Assembly (NCBI RefSeq): GCF_018977255.1
Contig: NW_024704743.1
Span: 28,832,001-28,896,000, forward strand
Direction of reading: 5' to 3'
Length of the DNA stretch: 64,000 bases
Origin: Callorhinchus milii
Taxonomy: Eukaryota
Position 1 is the stretch's first letter; the number at the start of each line of letters is the position of its first letter. The notes beneath the pieces were generated by a model. It did no database searches and was not told where the DNA came from. It saw nothing but the letters and a program-made list of their open reading frames with translations. The translations under genes and the position numbers were made by a program. Positions 63,455 to 64,000 of the stretch are shown here, one piece after another.

Positions 63455-63927
63455 ATACGCCTACATGTACTACCACCAATGTAGTTTACTGCATTCGGTG
63501 CTCACGATGTGGTCTCCTCTACATTGGGGAGACGAAACACAATTTGCCGAACACCTCCATTCTGTCCATAAGCACAAACCCGAGATTCCGCTTTTTTGCC
63601 ACTTCAACTCTCTCTCCCACTCGCACTCTTATCTCTCCATCCACGGTCTCCTACGCTGTTCCAATGAACCACAGCGGAAGCTCGAGGAACTCATTTGCAA
63701 CCCCCTTTGTTTTGCATCATTAACACCTCTCAAATCATCATCTACTGTTCTCTACCCCATTTTCTCCGTTGTCTTCCTTGTCCTGCCTCCCCCCCTCTCT
63801 GTTAGTCCTTGAAAGCCTCTCTCTCCCAACATGCCCCAGTTCTGACGAAGGGTCGTGGACTCACTTTCCTTTGTCCAGAGATGCTGCCTGACCTGCTGAG
63901 TGTTCCCGGCAACTTCTGTTTTTTTTC
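63455..63927 (+). mobile_element. Penelope-like element 3' fragment (frameshifted GIY-YIG endonuclease + terminal repeat)
   Basis: TCTTTNVVYCIRCSRCGLLYIGETK then, in another frame, AEHLHSV...HFNSLSHS...QRKLEE; followed by ctgacgaagggtc and gatgctgcctgacctgctgag, which also occurs reversed at ~59600-59648. Confidence 0.88.
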
Positions 63928-64000
63928 CGATTGCCTCTTGCCTGCCGTAAATATACAGGTTGGGAAACACTTCCAAAACAGCCACTTTCACTTGCATTGT

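Overview
Eukaryotic (vertebrate) genomic DNA, not prokaryotic. The repeat content suggests a cartilaginous fish, probably a holocephalan such as Callorhinchus; this is an inference. The only recognisable protein-coding gene is EXOC2 (Sec5, exocyst), on the minus strand. Five coding exons (28076-28193, 21515-21691, 19218-19344, 9933-10046, 1013-1137) have GT-AG borders and splice in frame into about 220 N-terminal residues; the rest of the gene lies left of the window. Everything above ~28.3 kb is probably intron 1 or upstream sequence. The remainder is dominated by a tRNA-Ala-derived SINE with CORE-like and Deu-like middle and an L2-type tail (old long and young short subfamilies), plus L2 and CR1 fragments, LF-SINE-like relics, a Penelope fragment and a G-rich minisatellite. 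Most tracked ORFs are spurious frames through these repeats. The most notable unexplained structures are: a ZNF143/THAP11-type, apparently bidirectional promoter inside EXOC2 intron 5; a 225-bp-arm near-perfect inverted duplication; a foldback/MITE-like family reconstructed from a three-layer nest; and a TTAGGG-containing minisatellite derived from LINE sequence. Repeat-family names are assigned from recalled motifs, not database searches, and repeat boundaries are approximate.
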